NCBI GenBank assembly: GCA_043228905.1
Contig: JBHGNT010000002.1
Location: 24,118,001-24,182,000 of the forward strand
Origin: Azolla caroliniana
Lineage: Eukaryota; Plantae; Polypodiophyta
Direction: 5' to 3'
Length of the DNA stretch: 64,000 nucleotides
Of the stretch, positions 25,466 through 36,555 are shown piece after piece. Within the stretch, counting starts at the first letter, position 1. Each line of letters starts with the position of its first letter. The notes under the pieces were generated by a model, which did not search any database, had not been told where the DNA came from, and was given only the letters and a program-made list of their open reading frames with translations. Position numbers and translations under genes: made by a program.

Positions 25466-26057
25466 GACTCACTTTGTTGTTTCACAGAGTTTTGACTTTG
25501 TCATTCATTTTAAATGGAACATTTGCGTTTTTATTTATTATTCTTGTTTCTATTTATTATGGTGTGGGGGACTACATTGCTCCAAAGGATTAACATTTTC
25601 ACCAACAAACAACTCCTTAATATTAGCCCCCAAGTTCTCTTCCTTGATTTCACTCCCAATTTTACTAGAAGATTTTACCATGAAAATAGCTGGAGATTTC
25701 AAGTCGTCAAAGACATTGACATATATCTTATCTTCATTCATAGAACGTTAGGGTGCATATATGCACATATAAGACAATGTTTGGTTGTAAGGTATATTTT
25801 TTCCTCGTCCCATCTAGTGGACTTTCTTCCTAGGATAGTTGAGAATTAAGGTTGTGTCCCACTCCACTTTGTCTTTTGACTAGTAAAAGGGAAAGATTTG
25901 TCCTATCTAATACATCTCTTTTTCGATCTATCTAAGTTTGGCGTTTTATAATGTCGTTGCACCCTCTTTTCTACAAAATATAAGGGATTTACATATTGGG
26001 TACACAATTTTATAATATGTGGGTATGTTATTATATATTCTAGTATTTCCTGTGCGT
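25466..26057 (-). repeat. Inverted copy of PPO upstream region (matches ~26865-27220) with a 225-bp insert
   Basis: Reverse-complement match; insert 25509-25733 flanked by TCATTCAT duplicates. Confidence 0.88.
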
Positions 26058-26412
26058 GGAGAGTAGAGACATCACGATGATGCGAACCCCTCTCGGCCTA
26101 ATGTGGATGTGTGCCCTACCGCAAGGTGGAACCAATTTGGTTGCGCACATGGTGAATGCGATGAACAAGGTGATGAGGGATTGCATCCCAGACATCACCT
26201 TGCCAGTTTTGGACGACATCCCGATCAAGGGATGTCCGGAGGACGCGAAGGACGAGTTGGGGACGGACAGATGCTAGGGATTTGTCGTGGACCACATCTT
26301 CGACTGCAAGAAGATATTGCAGAGGCTTGAGGGCACTCAACTTACCTTCTTCGGGGAGAAGTCGGCTTTCGGACAATCGGAGATCTTGGTAGTTAGTTAC
26401 CTGTGTAGGCCA
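26056..26412 (+). mobile_element. Isolated RT fragment of the Trp-primed gypsy group
   Basis: ESRDITMMRTPLGL..LPQGGTN...VLDDIPIKG matches pol of 30878-34237. Confidence 0.88.
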
Positions 26413-27726
26413 AGTGCTGAATCCTTAGTCCTTCGGGGTTCGGCTTATGGGTGTTGTGGTAAGGAATGGGAGAGTATGTCATAACCGTATTACGGGTGAC
26501 TATACATTGAGCTCGTAACTGTGAACTTAATCGTGGAGAGTGTGGAGATTAGGAGGATGGCTACAACCGACCTCTTACGCAATAGCATACGCAGCAACGT
26601 ATATGACTCGCCACAGAAAATGAACTCGACTCACCATTGCCATGATTTGATTATTTAGGTTACCTCCATAATGCAAATAAATAAATGTCTTGATGCATGT
26701 CATAATGCATACATTTCTAAAAACTAAAAGTATGTCAACCTAAACTACCTACTCCTGAAACAATGCTTTTGAAGATTTATGAGAGATTGTGGCTTGAGTA
26801 CTATAAAATAAACACAAAAGTTGGATTCATATTGTCTTAGATTTAGAGTAAATATATATGTCATGACGTGCTGGAAATACTAGAATATAATAACATACCC
26901 ACAAATTATAAAATTGCGTACCCGCTCTATAAATCACTTGTATTTTGTAGAAAAGAGGGTGCAACGACATTATAAAACGCCAAACGTAGATAGATCGAAA
27001 AAGAGATATATTAGATAGGACAAATCTTGCCTTTTTACTGGTCAAAAGACAAAGTGGAGTGGGAGAGAACATTAATTCTCAACTATGCTAGGAAGAAAGT
27101 CCACTAGATGGGACGAGGAAAAAATATACCTTACAACCAAACACGGTCTTATATGTGCATATATGCACCCTACCGTTCTATGAATGAAGTCAAAACTCTG
27201 TGCAACAACAAAAAGTGAGTGAATATGCGTTCGATTTAATGAAGAGTAATGGAAGCTCTTCCACAATATTTCATTTACACATACAGACAGACAGACATAC
27301 ATACGTTGACGCTGTAAATTTACATATTTTTCTATTATAAGCAACATGATATATTTGCTGCCGATTATGTTGACGTTTTCCAAATCTAGTATGTGATATA
27401 GGAATTATGTTGACATTTTCCGTAGGTAGGATGGATATCTGGGATTCAACGAAATTTCTTGACATTTTAGGGATTAATGGGTAGAAGACCATTCAAATTC
27501 ATTGATTTTCTATCTTATTATTACAAAATATATAGAGGTTATCTCCATCACAAATAGAGGTACCAATTGACATTATATAAAGAGACATACCAGTTGACAT
27601 TATACATACATATATAGGTTACATACACCATCCATCAAAGAACATTCATAATAGTAGCACCCTGCGTATACTAATAATCTCGATCTACTCCATAGACAGC
27701 AGAGAGCATTCATAGATTTGCTTCCT

Positions 27727-29358
27727 ATGGCCTCCAATAACCTTCATCACCTTGTGTTGGTGCTAGCCCTGTTCCTGTCATTGTTCTCTTTCGTGGCCGC
27801 GGATCCCGTTACCGTCCCCGATTTGTCCCAATGTCAGCTTGCCGTCGACAGGCCTGCTGCTGGCCCCAATGCCAAGAACACCTATCTCTTCAATTGTTGC
27901 ATCCCCATCGTCCCCGCCCACAAGGTTGTCCGCTTCTCCTTGGATGCCTACAAGTCCCCCAAGACCCGTGTCCGGCAACCCGCCCACCGTGTGAGCGAAG
28001 AGTACATCGCCAAGTACAATAAGGCATACGCGCTCATGAAAGCCCTCCCCGACACTGATCCCCGTAGCTTCAAGGTCCAGGCCGATCTCCATTGTGCCTT
28101 TTGCAATGGTGCCTACAAGCAAGGCGGAGCCGCTGCCGATAAACCTCTCCAGGTCCACTTCTCGTGGTTGTTCCTCCCGTGGCACCGTATGTACCTCTAC
28201 TTCCACGAGCGCATCCTCGGTAGTCTCATCGACGATCCGTCGTTCGCACTTGTCTATTGGAACTGGGACGACCAACGTGATGGCGGCAATGTGTTGCCCC
28301 CCATGTTCGCACACAATGGCACCGCCCTGTTCGACGCCAACCGCAGCACCTCCGCGCTCTCGGGCTCCACCCTCATCCGTCTCTCCCCAGCCAGTAGCAC
28401 CAGCAACACCACCCTCATCGCCTTGGAGAATCTCAATTCCATGTATCAAGCCATGGTGACGGCCCGCACCCCGGAGCTCTTCCTAGGCGGCCCTTACGTT
28501 CTAGGGTCCGACCTCACCAATTCCACTGTCATCTCTGCTCCGTTGGGCGGCAGCATCGAGAACACGATCCACAATGGTATCCATTACTGGACCGGCAACA
28601 GGAACAACACCCTCGGGGAAGATATGGGCACCTTCACCTCGGCCGCTCGCGATCCCGTGTTCTACGCCCATCACAGCAATGTTGACCGGCTCTGGGACAT
28701 GTGGCGATTCCACCTCCCCGATGGCGAGCGCCACGATTTCAACGTAACCGACTTCCTCGACGCCGAGTTCCCTTTCTTCGACGAATATGCAAACATGGTA
28801 AAGTTAAAGGTGCGAGATGTGCTCGACATAAGCAAGCTTGGCTACAAATACAAGAGGGTGAGCTCCGACAAGTTGTGGATTCGATTCTCCCCGGTCCCAG
28901 TCTCGAACGGGAGCGCCCTACAGGCGGCCATAGCTTCGGGCGTGCCGTTCGTCGGTCCCTCGCCTCTCAACGGGACGATTGAGCTAGGCAAGAAGCTCGT
29001 GGCACGCGTGCAACGGCCGTCCGCTTTAGGTGCGAAAAGGCCGGAGCACTCGGAGGAGGTGCTGACAATCGAGGGGATGGACGTGATGAGAGACAGTTTC
29101 GTGCAACTGGTGGTGTTCGTGAATCTCCCCGGTGCGACCAACACGACACTCACGAGCAGCGCCGAGTATGTGGGGACATTCAACGTGGTGCCATCGGCGA
29201 GCCAACATCGGCGGCTCATGACCAACCTAAAGTTCGAGATCGGAGATAACTTGAAGCATGTGGGAATCAAGAAGGACGACGAGATCGTGATCACGATCAT
29301 CGTGAAGGGTACCGAGAGAGTGACCATCCAAGGCCTTCGAATTAACTATGAAGTGTAG
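27727..29358 (+). CDS. PPO: Polyphenol oxidase (type-3 copper), intronless, 543 aa, predicted secretory signal peptide
   Basis: ATG at 27727 (the ORF track starts at an upstream TTG); CuA HCAFC...QVHFSWLFLPWHRMYLYFHERILG; CuB HNGIH...DMGTF...DPVFYAHHSNVDRLW; DFL (DWL-type) and LGYKY motifs; EYVGTF C-terminal domain. Confidence 0.96.
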   Translation: MASNNLHHLVLVLALFLSLFSFVAADPVTVPDLSQCQLAVDRPAAGPNAKNTYLFNCCIPIVPAHKVVRFSLDAYKSPKTRVRQPAHRVSEEYIAKYNKAYALMKALPDTDPRSFKVQADLHCAFCNGAYKQGGAAADKPLQVHFSWLFLPWHRMYLYFHERILGSLIDDPSFALVYWNWDDQRDGGNVLPPMFAHNGTALFDANRSTSALSGSTLIRLSPASSTSNTTLIALENLNSMYQAMVTARTPELFLGGPYVLGSDLTNSTVISAPLGGSIENTIHNGIHYWTGNRNNTLGEDMGTFTSAARDPVFYAHHSNVDRLWDMWRFHLPDGERHDFNVTDFLDAEFPFFDEYANMVKLKVRDVLDISKLGYKYKRVSSDKLWIRFSPVPVSNGSALQAAIASGVPFVGPSPLNGTIELGKKLVARVQRPSALGAKRPEHSEEVLTIEGMDVMRDSFVQLVVFVNLPGATNTTLTSSAEYVGTFNVVPSASQHRRLMTNLKFEIGDNLKHVGIKKDDEIVITIIVKGTERVTIQGLRINYEV

Positions 29359-29869
29359 CTAGTCCTTTTTGTTTCGTAATGGCATACTCCCCATTTATAA
29401 AACTTCACATTCATTTCGCTCGTTGCCGAAAGGCATAGGCACAGGCACAGGCACGACCGATGATATTGCACACATTGTGTCATTGTTTATTTCTTTTGGT
29501 TTGATCCAACCATGTATCCCATTCTCAATAATCTAAATATACATTGCTCCAAATTTTAAATGCCCAAAATATTGGAGTTAAAATAATTTCCTATATGCTT
29601 TTAATTATATTTCATGTGAGTTTTGTTTGTTCATTGTACAAACATTCCAATGAGTACAACTTGAAACTATAAATGTCCCATTAATCATTACCACATTACT
29701 ACTTGTTTATGATCCATTCAAACTCTCTCTCTATATAGTTATGGTATATTAGAGGTTCCCATGAGGAATTAAAGTACAACATCAAGAACATTCATCCAGA
29801 AGATCCATGGAAATGGATTCAAACACAAGTTTAGTAAGTTACATCAAAAGAAATGAACATCAATGTGTT

Positions 29870-30159
29870 GCGACCGGATAACTAATGACGGTCGGGTGAT
29901 TGTCAAGTTATTAGGCTTCCGATTATTTGTCGGAACCGTTTCTCATCGCATGCCGATCTGGAGTTGGGACGGACCTTCTGGTTCCGGTCCAAGGGTGTAA
30001 AGACTGGTCGGCATTCCGTCATGTTGAACTTGTACAACATTTCAACACATAGTGTCGTTGTGAGAGCAATATGTCGTCAGGGGTAGGGATCACCTCGATC
30101 CCAAGAAAATAATCAAGGTCCCCCACGTCCATCTCAAATGCGTCCGACAGTTGGGCCGT
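29870..30159 (-). mobile_element. Ty1/copia RT fragment (host of the gypsy at 30160-37159), downstream part
   Basis: QLSDAFEM...YFLGIEV...LSQRHY...YKFNMTEC...RQIIGSL..LTITRP. Confidence 0.85.
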
Positions 30160-30804
30160 TGTCGAGGTATTCCTCGCGGATGCGTGGAATGAGGCGGGAC
30201 CTCGGGGGTCCTGTACCAAAGAGTAAGAGAGAAAGAGAAGAGACCCACTACGTGCGAGCATAGATTCACAGGGACACGGCCCTTCGACGTAAAGACGCGA
30301 ATGGGACAGCGACACAGAAAGACACGAAAGTATGTATGTATTGACAAGACAAACAACAAGAACACGAAGACAACAAACACGAAGTCGGTTACAACCGAAC
30401 AGGCCGGCGAACAGATGCTGATACCTGCTCGTAAACGCACAGAGGGGAAAGAGTAGGTTGGAGGTGCTGCCGGAAGCACTCGGGCATTCCTCAGAGCAGC
30501 GCGAGCCTCCCGAAACCTGCACTTAAGGAAGCTATGGCATTTGCAACCAGAAAGAGAGAGAGAGAGAGAGAAGCCTTCGCACGTAACCCGACAGCACTTC
30601 ATCCTCGACTCTCCGCGATCCCCTCCTCTTTCGCGTCTCCCTCCTTTTATAGGCAGGGAAGGAGCCGTTTTCCCCTTTACTTCCTACCTACCGAATCTGC
30701 CCGCCTAGGATCTCCTATGTACAACATAAGGCGCACGTGCATGAAGAGCCGGTTCCTACGCTCTGGTGCACCGATTCCGCTTGTGGACGGTTTTCTTCAC
30801 GACA
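30160..30804 (-). repeat. 3' LTR of copy B
   Basis: Near-identical to 36513-37159. Confidence 0.95.
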
Positions 30805-30877
30805 TCCACCCCCACCTAACCGCGCATCCACCAGCATGCGCCAAATCGAGTTGGGACGGAGAAAACCGGTCCAGCCT

Positions 30878-33800
30878 TTATTCCCCACTCGTCGATTCTT
30901 CTTCGGTTTCGGATCGTTCGTCGTCCCGGTCCAGGTTAACTGGATCCGGCTCGTTGTCGTGACGCTTCTTGAACGCTTTGACCCGCTTCCCTGCTACCGG
31001 TATCACCATTCGCGTACCGTCGAGCTCCGTCAGATGGTACGTCCCGTTTTCGTTGGCGCTTTGTACCACGTAAGGCCCGAACCACCTTCTTGCGAATTTC
31101 CGTGTCGCTCGGTGCTGGTTGTCAAGGCTGCTGTCGTAGACTAGCACCCAGTCGCCTTCCTCGATCTTCTTCGGTCGGAGCCGGTGCGTCCGGTCGAACC
31201 GGGCTTTGTTCCTTGTCCTGGCCACCCGAAGCTTTTCCGCAGCCTGCTCCACGTCCTCCGGTCTCCGCTCGAGCTGTCGTATGCGCGCCGTCAACAGTTC
31301 CTCCCGGCTCATCTCGTCTCTCCAGTCCACGGTTGCCCATGAGGAGACCGTACATTCGATCGGCATGATCGGCTTCTGCCCAAACATGAGCTCTGCCGAA
31401 GTGAATCCAGTTACCGAACTGTGCGTAGTCCGGTCAGCCCACAACGCGTAAGGCAGTAGCCGCGGCCAGTTCCCGACTTGACCTCCGCATGCCCAAACTA
31501 ATGCCTTGACGATCGGTCCGTGTCCGCGCTCCACCTTCCCATTTGCCTCTGGATTGTACGCAGTGGTAAGCGAGAGCTTGACCCCTAACCGGTCGAACAA
31601 CTCCTCGGCCTCCTCGGCGTCCAACTCCCCGCGATCAGCCACAATCTTCCCGACGCACCCGTACCGGCATATTACGTCCTCGAGCAGGAACCGACATACG
31701 GCCGCAGTCGTTTTGTTCTGAAGGGCCCGGCCTTCCACCTGGTTCGTTAGATCTTCCCGAGCCAGGACCAGATACCGCATCTGTCCTACTCCTATTGGCA
31801 TCGTTACCAGGTCTACCATCCATTTGAAGTGGATGATCGGAGGGTACGTAGGGTGAAGTTCGTCCCGGTGTCGGACTATGGAGTGCATCTGACAGCTCTC
31901 GCAAGTTGTCACGAATCGATGCACGTCCCGGTATAGTCCCGGCCACCAGTACTTCCCCTTTATCTTCTCGAACGTGGCCCAGGTTCCACGGTGTCCGGCC
32001 CAAGGGCTGTCGTGGTAGGCCGTCAGCAGCTCCTCCTGTTCTTCCTTCATCGCCACCACTCGGAGCGGAGCGCCGTCCCTCTTCTTCGGGTGCTTCCATA
32101 AGTATCCGTCCTGGAGAAAGAATCGGTAAGCTTTCTTCCGGATCCGGTTGGCCTCGTCCTTCGTCCATGACGCATCCGGCGTCATTGTCCTCAAGAATCC
32201 ACCGATCTGGAGCCACTCGCCATCGTACTTGCTCTCGTCGAAGTCGTTAACTGCCGGAGTGCTCGTCCCATCGGTCGTCACGTACGCCGCCTTGAAGAAG
32301 TCCACGCCGACTTCTTCGTCCTCCGAAACCATGCCGCCCTCGTCATCAAACCTCGCCCTCGAAAGCATGTCGGCCATAGCGTTGTCCTTTCCGGAAATGT
32401 GTCGTATCTCCGGGTCCAGGGACTTGATGTACGCTATCCACCTGAGCATCGCCAGGTCCGGTGTCGCGCATCCGGAAACCATGCCGAGAATCGGCAGGCA
32501 ATCCGTCTCGATAATCACTTCTGTCCCGATCAGGTAGTCTTTGTCCGTCTTTACCGCCGAAACGATACCCCAGAGCTCGCGTTTAACCTGGGTGTACCCT
32601 CGCTTTCGCTCACTGAGGACCTTAGCGCCGAATCGGATCGGGAACCGGGTGCCGTCCTCGTCTTCTTGGTTGACGACCCATCCGATCCCGGTCGGGCTCG
32701 TATCCACCGTTATGTATACCGGGGTACCCTTCTCGTAGACAGCCTTCCGGAGCGCCGGTGCTGCCGTAAGAGCCTCCTTCAGCTTCCGGACCGACCCCGT
32801 GTGCTCGTCTCGCCACTTGAATCTTTGCCCCTTCTTCAGCAACCCGTATAGTGGCTCCGCAACGTGGGCGTAATGCGGGATCCATATGTGGTAGAACGCG
32901 CATGCCCCCAGGAACCTCCGAACTTCCGTAACCGAGCTACAGTCGGTCTTCATCGCAGAGATGGCTTCTACCTTTGCCGGAGACGGCTTCTGGCCATATG
33001 GTCCACATAGATGCCCGACCACCAGGATTTCTGATTGCCCGAAGGCCGATTTCTCCTCGGAGAAGGTGAGCCTCGCATCCTCTAGCCTTTGTAGCACCTT
33101 CTCGCAGTCGTCGATGTGTGTTGCTACGAATCGCCGGCATCCGTCCGGCCCGAGTGTCTCGTCCTTCTCCTCCACCAGGCACCCCTTTATGGGGATGTCG
33201 TCTAGAAATGGCATGGTGATGTCTGGGATGCAATCCCTCAGTACTTTGTTCATCGCATTCACCATGTGGGCCACCGAGTTGGTCCCTCCTTGTGGCAGGG
33301 TACACATTCGCACTAGGCCGAGGGGAGTTCGCATTGTCGTAATGTCTCTGCTCTCCACGGCTAGCTGGAACTGGTCGTACCCCGAGTACAGATCACCGAC
33401 CGAGTAAATCGACCTTCCGGCGAAGGCCTCCGCGAACTCGTCTATGGTCGGTCCGATTCCTGCGTTCCGGATGGTCACTCTGTTGACCGGCTGCAAATCC
33501 TGAATGAAGCGCAATGTTCCGTTTTTCTTTGGTACGGTAAACCATCGGTTCGAGTATGGCGCGCTCGACGGTTCGAGAATACCCATATCGACTTTCTGCC
33601 TCAATAGCTCCATCAACTTCGGGATGTGAGCTCTCGGTACTGGAATCGGCTTGAGATTCCACGGTACATGTGGTACCGTGAATATCACCATCGGCTCCAC
33701 GATCGTCGGGTCTACGCACCCGATCTCTTCCAGTGAGAATGCAAAGGCTTTCCCGTGCCTTCTGAGCATTCTCCGAAACCAGTCTTCCTCCGCCGGCAGT

Positions 33801-34237
33801 AGGAACCCGCCCCCACCGATTTTGAGCTCCCGGAGCGTTCCGTCAGTGAAGGTGTGTCCTACGCAGGTTGGATCTCGTAAACTGGGGTCCGACGCCACCC
33901 CTCTGATTCGGGACTCGCTGCCCTCCAGCAAGGGTGCCGCGACTGGCCTTACCTTCCGGTCCACGGTCTTGTACCTAGTGCCAACCCGGGCCGTCCGATC
34001 CGACCCGAGCCCCCGATTGAAGTTCGCAATGACTTCGTACATCTCTTCGGAACATACTGGTATCGTCCGGTCTTCGTTAAGGTCTTCTCCGGCTACCTTC
34101 CTCAGCATTCCCAAGGTGTCATCGAAGGAGACCGCCTCCACGGCTCCGCTGATTTCCTCGTCCGAGTCGAGAACTCCGCACGCTCGAAGTCGCACTTCCG
34201 CCCTTGTCTTTTCTCGGCCAACGGTGCCGACTATCAT
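30878..34237 (-). CDS. pol: pol: RT (FLDD), RNase H, integrase; open 1119 codons
   Basis: RFIQDLQPVN, DLYSGYDQ, PFLDDIPI, VDTSPTGIG, HHCC zinc finger (H..AGH...CESC), ADRG, NGKVERG, GPY. Confidence 0.93.
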   Translation of the reverse strand: MIVGTVGREKTRAEVRLRACGVLDSDEEISGAVEAVSFDDTLGMLRKVAGEDLNEDRTIPVCSEEMYEVIANFNRGLGSDRTARVGTRYKTVDRKVRPVAAPLLEGSESRIRGVASDPSLRDPTCVGHTFTDGTLRELKIGGGGFLLPAEEDWFRRMLRRHGKAFAFSLEEIGCVDPTIVEPMVIFTVPHVPWNLKPIPVPRAHIPKLMELLRQKVDMGILEPSSAPYSNRWFTVPKKNGTLRFIQDLQPVNRVTIRNAGIGPTIDEFAEAFAGRSIYSVGDLYSGYDQFQLAVESRDITTMRTPLGLVRMCTLPQGGTNSVAHMVNAMNKVLRDCIPDITMPFLDDIPIKGCLVEEKDETLGPDGCRRFVATHIDDCEKVLQRLEDARLTFSEEKSAFGQSEILVVGHLCGPYGQKPSPAKVEAISAMKTDCSSVTEVRRFLGACAFYHIWIPHYAHVAEPLYGLLKKGQRFKWRDEHTGSVRKLKEALTAAPALRKAVYEKGTPVYITVDTSPTGIGWVVNQEDEDGTRFPIRFGAKVLSERKRGYTQVKRELWGIVSAVKTDKDYLIGTEVIIETDCLPILGMVSGCATPDLAMLRWIAYIKSLDPEIRHISGKDNAMADMLSRARFDDEGGMVSEDEEVGVDFFKAAYVTTDGTSTPAVNDFDESKYDGEWLQIGGFLRTMTPDASWTKDEANRIRKKAYRFFLQDGYLWKHPKKRDGAPLRVVAMKEEQEELLTAYHDSPWAGHRGTWATFEKIKGKYWWPGLYRDVHRFVTTCESCQMHSIVRHRDELHPTYPPIIHFKWMVDLVTMPIGVGQMRYLVLAREDLTNQVEGRALQNKTTAAVCRFLLEDVICRYGCVGKIVADRGELDAEEAEELFDRLGVKLSLTTAYNPEANGKVERGHGPIVKALVWACGGQVGNWPRLLPYALWADRTTHSSVTGFTSAELMFGQKPIMPIECTVSSWATVDWRDEMSREELLTARIRQLERRPEDVEQAAEKLRVARTRNKARFDRTHRLRPKKIEEGDWVLVYDSSLDNQHRATRKFARRWFGPYVVQSANENGTYHLTELDGTRMVIPVAGKRVKAFKKRHDNEPDPVNLDRDDERSETEEESTSGE

Positions 34238-34338
34238 ACACCCTCCATTGTCGGAGAAGCAAAATCCCCTACCTATCGTACAGTCGTGGGGTCTTTTCCG
34301 AGTGTCCGGGCTGTCTCGGCCCCACGCCTTGGCAGCCC

Positions 34339-36555
34339 TCTCTCAAAATCCTCCCGGCTCTCGCCACCGAGGGATTCGCGGTTTCTCTCGTGGTTCGGCC
34401 GCATCGTCAGAAATTGCACCGAATGGCGCCCGTCCTAGCTTTTGACCCTCGCGTAGGCCAAACCGTTGTCCAGCACCTTGGTTTCCATTCTCGCCGCCGT
34501 GATGTATGGTTCCCCTAATATGACCGGATGCGAGGACGTCTCTTGTACGAAGAAGTGCTGGTCAATCTCGACGTCGCCGATCTTCACTCGCACATTCAGG
34601 CAGGCCCCGTGCAGTTCCTCGGTGGCGCGCGTCGCCGCCCGTATCTTCCACCCGTGCCTGGTGTTGATCGGCCACTTTCCCTTCTTATAGAAGTCCATGG
34701 ACATTAGGTTTATTTCCGAACCGTGGTCCACCAATGCCACCACCGGTTCCTGAACACCTCTGATTTTTACCGGGGTCTCCGTGGTCGCTCGGGCCCAATG
34801 TGGCCTCGAATAATGGCTCTCCGCCCACTCATCTTCCAGCGCCGAGTCGTCGATGTGCATCGTCCGCACCTCCACCGGTCTTTCCGGTTCCGTCTCCGTC
34901 GACAGTCTCTTCCGTTTCACCAAGTCTACAATGGAGTCGTGGAACTCCTTCTTGGCGATCCCTAGCACCTCCCGTAATGATAGCTCCACTTTGCTGTCGA
35001 GGATCCGTTCTTCTAGGACCTTTCGTAGGTCCGTAGTCCTTTCTATTTCTGTCCCCAGTCGGTACCCGCCCTGCCTGGGGTTATCTTGCGGGCCAGGCCC
35101 ACCGGCATCGTTCCGTCGTTGCCCGAATCGGGTCTCGTACCGTTGTGAGGGCTTGGCCGCTCCGGCTTTCCCCACTCGTTTTTCTTCTACCAGAGCCTCG
35201 TAGTTCCGGCAAGCGGCTTCTACGAAGCCCGTCTTCTCCTCGACCAGATCGCTCCACCCGGTTATTTCCCGGACCCGTCTCTCAGCGCGGTCCGTTTCAT
35301 CTTTCCTCAGCCGCACGCCGGCGAGGCCTTCCAGTATTGCCGACCAGAAACCGTCTTTACTCTCCTTTCGGGCCTCGCTGCCCCCGACCTGAATACCGGC
35401 TGACGCCGAGTAGTGGATGGCCTCCACGTATCGGGCCGCTGCCTCTTCCATCAGTCTCTTCATACCTCCTCGCCCGTCGTTTCGGCTCAGGGCCCTCCTG
35501 GTGTCGCCAGCGTGCACCCGACCTTCCCACAGGTACACCACCCGGTTTCTCAACGCCTTTGCGAAATCGCCGCAGTCCTTCCGAATGTGGTCGACCTCGT
35601 CGCACCACATGCACCTGTTCCCCGCTGCCGGCCGTCGGTCACGAGCCGGTTCGCCGCCTTCCCTTCGAGTTTGGGCGATCTGGAGATCCTTTATCGCCCG
35701 CGTCAACTCCTCTAGTGCTGCTCCTCCGGACGAGCCATTGACCATGCTGGTCGAAGCCGGACCGGTTTCGAGCCATTCCCGGGTTTCTTCCCTTCGCACT
35801 TGCGGTGCCGGTTCAAGCCTCCTTGTTGTAACAGAGCCCGCACCGGCCGCCCCGTTGTCAGCCCATTCTCGCCGTTTGTCGAAACGGCCACAGACTCTCT
35901 TAACCGCAGCCCAGTCGGTTGTCAGCCCGTCTTCAGTTTCCAGCAAGGAGCCGACTTGATCCCGGTCCCGCTCGTTCACCGACTTGACGAACAGTAGGAT
36001 CCGGCTCGTACCCAGAATGGTTCGGTCAAGCGCCGAAAGGCGCGCAAAGCGTTCTTCGAACTCCCGGAGGAGTGCCGACGCGTTTCTTCCTTTGCCGGGG
36101 GACTCCACCCATTCCAAGAAGTCCCGTTTCGAAAGCCAGAGCGCGTCGTCCAGCCCATATTTCTCTAGGAGTCGGCCTTCCAACTCCTCCCAGGTACGGC
36201 TCTCCGCCCGTACCTCGAGCACCTCCGCATGGATGCTCGGCATCGCCACTCGAGGGAACCCGGCAAGACGCCTCTCTTCCGGAATGTCCCACATCAGCAT
36301 TTCCGCCCCGTAGGACGCCAAATACTTCGTAGCATCCCTTCCGCTGAAACGGCCGATCATACCGACGACCGCCTCAATGGCTCTGTCGGGAGCACCGGTG
36401 CCCTCGCGTGTGCTCAATATCCGATCCACGGCCGAAGCCATGGCCTCTGCAAGATCCGACCCCCTCATCTTCTGCTCTTCTGCCGCCTCTTTCACGTTGG
36501 GTTCACCAAATATGTCGAGGTATTCCTCGCGGATGCGTGGAATGAGGCGGGACAT
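34339..36555 (-). pseudogene. gag: gag-protease ORF of copy B, premature TAG at 34435
   Basis: CMWCDEVDHIRKDC knuckle; protease ALVDHGSEINLM...VILGEP; paralogs continue to ..EDF*. Confidence 0.88.

Noticed and set aside
16379-26057. ~280-bp inverted repeats as TIRs of the methyltransferase transposon
   Set aside because: They are copies of PPO upstream DNA (also at 26865-27144) and the left one truncates the transposase.
27718-27726. TTG start for PPO given by the ORF track
   Set aside because: Eukaryotic gene; in-frame ATG at 27727 is the plausible start.
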